64,000 bases of DNA from an uncultured Candidatus Binatia bacterium (GTDB lineage Bacteria > Desulfobacterota > Binatia > UBA9968 > CAXXLF01), in the NCBI GenBank assembly GCA_965218425.1, contig OZ244621.1:4096001-4160000 (forward strand), given 5' to 3'. The notes below the pieces were generated by a model. It saw only the letters and a program-made list of their open reading frames with translations. It ran no database searches and had not been told where the DNA came from. The position numbers and the translations under genes were made by a program. This document shows, piece by piece, positions 58,692-64,000 of this stretch. The stretch's first letter is position 1; the number at the start of each line of letters is the position of its first letter.

Positions 58692-59723
58692 ATGAATAGA
58701 ACCCCGAGCTTCGCAGTGGCACTCCTTTTTTTGACGGCCCTGCTCCCCGAGGGGGCCTTATCCGAAGAATCGTTTTTCAAAGGCAAAACCATACGTATCG
58801 TGGTGGGCTTCCCTCCGGGAGGCGGGTTTGACACCTTCTCGAGAGTTTTAGCCCGCCATCTCCCACGCTACATCCCAGGTAAACCTAGTATCATCGTGCA
58901 GAACATACCTGGAGGAGGAAGCATGGCTGCGGCAAATCGGGTCTACGCCATGCGGCCCGGAGACGGCCTCACCATGGTGGCTTTCATTTACGGAGTGGCC
59001 TTTCAGTATTTCATCGATGATCCAAAGGTGAAATTTGATCCTACGAAGTACCATTGGCTCGGAGAGCCAACGGTGGGATCGGTACCAACGACCCTCTTCG
59101 TTCGCACCGACCTGAAAATCCGCAACCTGGCGGATCTAAAGAAGCGAAAAAAGCCCGTGTTTCTGGCGGCATCTGCCCGTACCAACCTTGCCGGGATTGG
59201 AGCATATTATCTGAAATCCCTTGGATTACCTGTCGAACCCGTGCTTGGGTACGGAGGCTCAGCTCCCTCCTTTGCCGCCATAGAGCGCAAAGAAGCGGAT
59301 GGACGGATCTCGTCCCAAGAAAGCTTCCAAACTCGGTATCGCCGCTTCCTTGACGAAGGCATTTTACACCCCATCCTAGCCTTTGGCAGAGACCCCAGGG
59401 TCAAACATATCCCAGGGGTTGCCACCGAGAAGGACCTGAACCTGGATCGCAAAGAACAACAGTTCGTAAAATTTTTAATCAAGACCTGGCGGCATCTTCG
59501 GCTTTTCGCGATGCCACCCGGAGTTCCGCCAGAACGTCTAGCCACCATACGGAAGGCCTTCGACACGATGCTGACGGATCCCAAAGTGATCGAAGAGGGC
59601 AACCGGCAAGGGGTCAGGATTTCTCCTTCCTCGTGGCAAAAGATTGAACAGGACATCAAGGAGCTGTCTGAGGCACCTCCCTGGATCATCAAGAGATACA
59701 AGGACCTGGCCGGATTAAAATAG
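58692..59723 (+). CDS. Bug/TctC substrate-binding protein, tandem copy 1
   Basis: Signal peptide, FFKGKTIRIVVGFPPGGGFD, PGDGLT, PPGVPPERL. Confidence 0.9.
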   Translation: MNRTPSFAVALLFLTALLPEGALSEESFFKGKTIRIVVGFPPGGGFDTFSRVLARHLPRYIPGKPSIIVQNIPGGGSMAAANRVYAMRPGDGLTMVAFIYGVAFQYFIDDPKVKFDPTKYHWLGEPTVGSVPTTLFVRTDLKIRNLADLKKRKKPVFLAASARTNLAGIGAYYLKSLGLPVEPVLGYGGSAPSFAAIERKEADGRISSQESFQTRYRRFLDEGILHPILAFGRDPRVKHIPGVATEKDLNLDRKEQQFVKFLIKTWRHLRLFAMPPGVPPERLATIRKAFDTMLTDPKVIEEGNRQGVRISPSSWQKIEQDIKELSEAPPWIIKRYKDLAGLK

Positions 59724-59924
59724 CAGGTACGGCTGGAGTTTAGTTCTTAAGATAGCCCGTTTCTTGGGTCTGACACCGAGTCGTGTTACGTCGATCAAGA
59801 ACTAGGATCCATAGACCCGACTCCGTGGACGACCTGCAGACGACTTTTGTATTAACCATAAAAGGGCTGCCTTTTCTCATACCTTAGGACTCTATATGCG
59901 GGAGCGGAATCTCACCCCTTTGCC

Positions 59925-59953
59925 TTGACAATCACACGACCTTTCACTAATTT
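59925..59953 (+). promoter_or_regulatory. sigma70 promoter, Bug copy 2
   Basis: TTGACA-17-TAATTT. Confidence 0.65.
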
Positions 59954-59995
59954 GTTCGCGGGATTTGACCTTATCAATCCATCGGGGAGGAAAAA

Positions 59996-61042
59996 ATGAA
60001 TGCTTCCGCAAAATTGAATGTAGTGAGTTTGATACTGGCATTCTTCTTTTGGATGGCTCTTTTGCCTGAGTCGGCCCAATCGGAGGAATCTTTTTTCAAA
60101 GGCAAAACCATACGAATCGTAGTGGGTTATCCCCCAGGAGGGGGTTTTGATACCTTCTCACGCATTTTAGCCAGGAATCTCCCGCGGTACATCCCGGGTA
60201 ATCCCAACACCATCGTCATGAACATGCCCGGGGCGGGAAGCATGGCGGCTGCAAACCGGGTCTATGCCATGCAGCCCGGAGATGGTCTTACTATAGTCGC
60301 CTTCATCTACGGAGCCGCATTTCAGTACTTTGTGGAAGACCCAAAGGTGAAATTTGACCCTACGAAGTACAAGTGGCTTGGAGAGCCTACCGTTGGGTCG
60401 GTTCCAGCGACACTTTTTATTCGGACCGACCTGCCCATTCGTAACTTCAAAGATCTGAAGAATAGCAAGAAGCCCGTATTCCTGGGTGGATCCGGTCGTG
60501 GCAACCTTGCCAGCATAGGTCCGCATTTCCTGAAATCCATCGGTTTACCCATTAAGCCCGTGCTTGGCTATGGAGGGTCCGCGCCGGTCTTTGCAGCCAT
60601 AGAGCGTAAAGAGGTGGATGGGCGGTTTACTGCTCAAGAAAGCGTGCAGACACGTTACCGTCGATTCCTCGATGAAGGCATCCTGCGCCCTATTTTGGCC
60701 TTCGGAAGCGATCCCAGGGTCAAGGATTTCCCTGGAATCGCGACCGTCGACGACCTCAACCTCGATCGTGGGCAACGGGAGCTAGCGGAATTCTTGATTA
60801 AGACCTGGCGGCATCTTCGGCTTTTCGCGATTCCACCCGGTGTACCGCCTGAGCGTCTGGCAATCCTACGAAAGGCTTTTGACAGGATGCTGAAGGACCC
60901 GAAGGTAATCCGAGATGGTGATAGGCAAGGGGTCAGAGTGTCTCCCACTTCGTGGAAGACCATTGAAGCAAACATCAAGGAACTGTCTGAAGCCCCTCCC
61001 AAGATCATTGAACAATACAAGGAGTTAGCCGGGTTGAAATAG
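59996..61042 (+). CDS. Bug/TctC substrate-binding protein, tandem copy 2
   Basis: Close paralogue of its neighbours. Confidence 0.9.
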   Translation: MNASAKLNVVSLILAFFFWMALLPESAQSEESFFKGKTIRIVVGYPPGGGFDTFSRILARNLPRYIPGNPNTIVMNMPGAGSMAAANRVYAMQPGDGLTIVAFIYGAAFQYFVEDPKVKFDPTKYKWLGEPTVGSVPATLFIRTDLPIRNFKDLKNSKKPVFLGGSGRGNLASIGPHFLKSIGLPIKPVLGYGGSAPVFAAIERKEVDGRFTAQESVQTRYRRFLDEGILRPILAFGSDPRVKDFPGIATVDDLNLDRGQRELAEFLIKTWRHLRLFAIPPGVPPERLAILRKAFDRMLKDPKVIRDGDRQGVRVSPTSWKTIEANIKELSEAPPKIIEQYKELAGLK

Positions 61043-61235
61043 GATTTAGGGCTGGACACCATCTCCAGGACAGCCCGTTTTGTTGGTCCCAAGGCAAGTC
61101 TGTTTCGTGCCGATCAAAAACTAGGATCAACGAACCTGACTCCATCGAACCCAACGACAACCTTTTTTTAAAGAAGGAGTGGCCTTTCTTTTCCCTTGGA
61201 CTCTATAGCCGGGAGCAGAATCTCACCCCTTTGCC

Positions 61236-61264
61236 TTGACAATCACACGACCTTTCACTAGTTT
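61236..61264 (+). promoter_or_regulatory. sigma70 promoter, Bug copy 3
   Basis: TTGACA-17-TAGTTT; spacer identical to copy 2. Confidence 0.65.
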
Positions 61265-61305
61265 GTTCGCGGGTTTAACTTTATCAATCCATTAGGGAGG
61301 AAAAA

Positions 61306-62352
61306 ATGAATGCTTCCGCGAAATTGAATGTGGTGAGTTTGATACTGGCACTCTTCTTTTGGATGGCTCTTTTGCCTGAGCCGGTCGCAGCTGAAGAATC
61401 TTTCTACAAAGGCAAAACCGTACGTATCGTGGTGGGCTTTCCTCCGGGAGGTGGTTTTGATACCTTCTCACGCATTTTAGCCAGGCATCTCCCACATTAC
61501 CTCCCAGGTAATCCCAGCACTCTCGTTCAAAACATGCCCGGAGCGGCGAGCCTGGCAGCCGCGAACAGGGTATATACCATGCAGCCTGGAGATGGTCTCA
61601 CTATAGTCAATTTCATCTACCAGAACGTTTTCCAGTACTTTCTGGGAGATCCAACGGTGAAATTTGACCCGAGGAAGTACAAATTCCTTGGCGAACCAAC
61701 CATCGGGTCAGTTCCCACGACGCTATTTGTTCGGACCGATTTGCCTATTCGTAACTTCAAAGATCTGAAGAATAGCAAGAAGACAGTATTCCTGGGTGGA
61801 TCGGCTCGTAGTGGGCTTACCGGGGTGGGGCCAGCGTTTCTCGAATCCATTGGACTACCCATTAAATCCGTGCTTGGCTATGGAGGTTCCGCGCCGGTCT
61901 TCGCGGCCATAGAGCGAAAAGAGGTGGACGGACGGTTTACTTCTCAGGAAAGCGTGCAGACCCGTTACCGTCGATTCCTCGATGAAGGCATGCTACGCCC
62001 CATTTTGTCCTTTGGAAGTGACCCAAGGGTCACACCCATCCCGGGGGTCGCAACCCTGGACGACCTTGGACTCGACGGTGAGCAACGGAGGCTAGCGGAA
62101 TTCTTGATTAACAGCTGGAGACACCTTCGGCTATACGCCGTGCCACCTGGAGTACCGCCTGAGCGCCTGGCACTCCTACGGGAGGCATTTGACAAAATGC
62201 TGAAAGCCCCCAAGGTAATCAAAGATGGTGAGAGACAAGGCGTCAGGGTCTCTCCCACTTCGTGGCAGAAAATCGAAGCGAACATCAAGGATATGGCCGA
62301 GGCCCCTCGCGACATGATCAGAAAATACAAGAAATTGGCAGGGATAAATTAA
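61306..62352 (+). CDS. Bug/TctC substrate-binding protein, tandem copy 3
   Basis: Close paralogue of its neighbours. Confidence 0.9.
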   Translation: MNASAKLNVVSLILALFFWMALLPEPVAAEESFYKGKTVRIVVGFPPGGGFDTFSRILARHLPHYLPGNPSTLVQNMPGAASLAAANRVYTMQPGDGLTIVNFIYQNVFQYFLGDPTVKFDPRKYKFLGEPTIGSVPTTLFVRTDLPIRNFKDLKNSKKTVFLGGSARSGLTGVGPAFLESIGLPIKSVLGYGGSAPVFAAIERKEVDGRFTSQESVQTRYRRFLDEGMLRPILSFGSDPRVTPIPGVATLDDLGLDGEQRRLAEFLINSWRHLRLYAVPPGVPPERLALLREAFDKMLKAPKVIKDGERQGVRVSPTSWQKIEANIKDMAEAPRDMIRKYKKLAGIN

Positions 62353-62503
62353 CAGGTACGGCCGGACATTAACCTTAGAGACCGCCGGTTTCCTAGGCCT
62401 GGATACTGCTCCAAAGACGCACCGGAATCCCTCAACTAGACGCTGCCCCATAATGACCAAAAAGGTCAGTGACGGTTTTCTGTCACGCATAGGAGGAGAT
62501 TAC

Positions 62504-62638
62504 ATGGAATGTACCCGGCAAGGCTGCAATAGCGAGGCCATAGCTGGGAGCAATTACTATAAGGCGCATTTCGATCTGAACAAGGCAAACGTCGACAAGG
62601 AGGAAGGTAGCGGTGAGGGTGGAGAGGGAGGTGAATAG
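62504..62638 (+). CDS. Putative 44-aa small protein with CxxxxC and an acidic Gly/Glu tail
   Basis: Strong AGGAGG RBS; MECTRQGCNSEAIAGSNYYKAH...EEGSGEGGEGGE. Confidence 0.45.
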   Translation: MECTRQGCNSEAIAGSNYYKAHFDLNKANVDKEEGSGEGGEGGE

Positions 62639-62771
62639 GACGCGGTTGAGGAGTCGCCGACTGTTTTTCTTGACTCTTGCCCTCTTACTTTTAAATTTTT
62701 ACTTGTTCCCGCCTTGTGCCATGCTGTTCCCTCCTCGCCGCCCGCCTACAGCTTAATTCCCAACCAAATCC

Positions 62772-64000
62772 ATGGCTCTTGTAAGCTTTGAGGACGTATC
62801 CCTCGAGTTTGGTGATCAGCCTTTGCTAGTTCGGGCACAGTTCGGCATCGAACCGGGTGAAAGGGTGTGCCTGATCGGTCGCAACGGCACCGGCAAAACT
62901 TCCATGCTAAGACTGATCACCGGCGAATACCAGCCGGACCGAGGCGAGATCAGGTATCAAACTCACATACGTGTCAGCCAACTGGAACAGGCGCTCCCAA
63001 AGGAACTGGATGAGACGGTGCAGGATTACGTGGCCTCGGGTCTCACCACGCTTCAGAATTTGCTGGATGAGTACCAACATCGATTGAGACAACATTTGGA
63101 TCGGACGGGCCTGCAAGAGCTCGATGCCTTGCATCGCCGGATCGAATCCGAAGGAGGCTGGCATCTTGATCGGATGGTCGAAACCATGCTGACGGATCTC
63201 AATCTCCCCAGCGGTCAGAGACTCAGGGAGCTATCCGGCGGTTGGCGTCGCCGTGTGGCGCTGGCCAAAGCCCTGATCAGCCATCCGGACCTGTTGCTGT
63301 TGGACGAACCCACCAATCATCTCGATTTGAGTACCATCCAGTGGCTGGAGAACAAGGTCTACAGTTTCCCGGGCAGCGTGATGTTCATCACCCATGACCG
63401 CGCCTTCATACAGCGGCTGGCCACACGCATCGTCGAGCTGGATCGCGGCCGACTGACCAGCTGGCCCGGAGACTATGCAAACTATCTGGAGCGTAAAGCA
63501 AAGACGCTGGCAGATGAGGCCCGCCACAATGACCTCTTCGATAAGAGGCTCGCACAGGAGGAGGCCTGGATACGGCGTGGGATCAAGGCACGGCGCACCC
63601 GCAATGAAGGCCGCGTACGCGCACTCGAGTCCATGCGTGAGGAATACGCCCAACGGATCAAGCCTCAGAGCAAGGCGCGCATGTACGTGGACGACGCGGA
63701 ACAGTCGGGACGGAAGGCGATTGAATTACGTAACATCACCCACGGCTACAGAAATGAACCCTTGATCCAAGGTCTATCCCTCAAAGTCATGCGCGGGGAC
63801 CGCATCGGACTGCTGGGCAACAATGGCGTCGGCAAGAGCACATTGCTCCGCATCATGCTGGGTGAGTTGACCCCAAAAGAAGGCACGGTAGAGTTGGGCG
63901 CCAATCTGGAGATCGGATACTTTGACCAGCTGCGCGCGCGATTGGATCCCCACAAAACTGTCGCTCAGACCGTCGGCGATGGACAAGAGTACATCAAAGT
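62772..64000 (+). CDS. uup: ABC-F family ATPase Uup (truncated at the window end)
   Basis: Manual translation: MALVSFEDVSLEFGDQPLL...GRNGTGKT, LSGGWRRRVALA, LLLDEPTNHLD, ITHDR, EEAWIRRGIKARRTRNEGRVRAL, second Walker A GNNGVGKST. Confidence 0.92.
   Translation, partial: MALVSFEDVSLEFGDQPLLVRAQFGIEPGERVCLIGRNGTGKTSMLRLITGEYQPDRGEIRYQTHIRVSQLEQALPKELDETVQDYVASGLTTLQNLLDEYQHRLRQHLDRTGLQELDALHRRIESEGGWHLDRMVETMLTDLNLPSGQRLRELSGGWRRRVALAKALISHPDLLLLDEPTNHLDLSTIQWLENKVYSFPGSVMFITHDRAFIQRLATRIVELDRGRLTSWPGDYANYLERKAKTLADEARHNDLFDKRLAQEEAWIRRGIKARRTRNEGRVRALESMREEYAQRIKPQSKARMYVDDAEQSGRKAIELRNITHGYRNEPLIQGLSLKVMRGDRIGLLGNNGVGKSTLLRIMLGELTPKEGTVELGANLEIGYFDQLRARLDPHKTVAQTVGDGQEYIK

Noticed and set aside
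1..64000. Prophage, defence island or secondary-metabolite gene cluster
   Set aside because: No phage structural, integrase, nuclease/defence, NRPS/PKS or RiPP-maturase genes were recognised.

Overview
64 kb of a moderately GC-rich bacterial chromosome. The gene content resembles Candidatus Binatota or related 'Deltaproteobacteria' (inference): 10 Amidohydro_2 paralogues, 7 orphan substrate-binding-fold genes, a stand-alone MetE-like catalytic domain, cupins and a Rieske oxygenase. Most of the window is dense catabolic/accessory metabolism, running from a truncated xanthine-dehydrogenase-type Mo subunit (left) to a truncated Uup ABC-F gene (right). Highlights: (1) two OsmC/Ohr-like genes, each broken by an in-frame TGA exactly at the conserved peroxidatic Cys position and followed at nearly the same spacing by a small G-loop hairpin, making them candidate selenoproteins; (2) a membrane-anchored polyamine module (MFS-like/SpeE-like fusion, stand-alone half-transporter, SpeD, membrane SpeE) bracketed by direct repeats and close to mtnBDC; (3) a dispersed ~260-bp self-complementary element in 3 long and 2 partial copies; (4) a nested 'Russian-doll' palindrome; (5) a tandem triplication of Bug/TctC genes with their promoters; (6) several frameshifted genes. 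I found no rRNA, tRNA, CRISPR array or intact transposase. All product calls come from motif recognition, not database searches.
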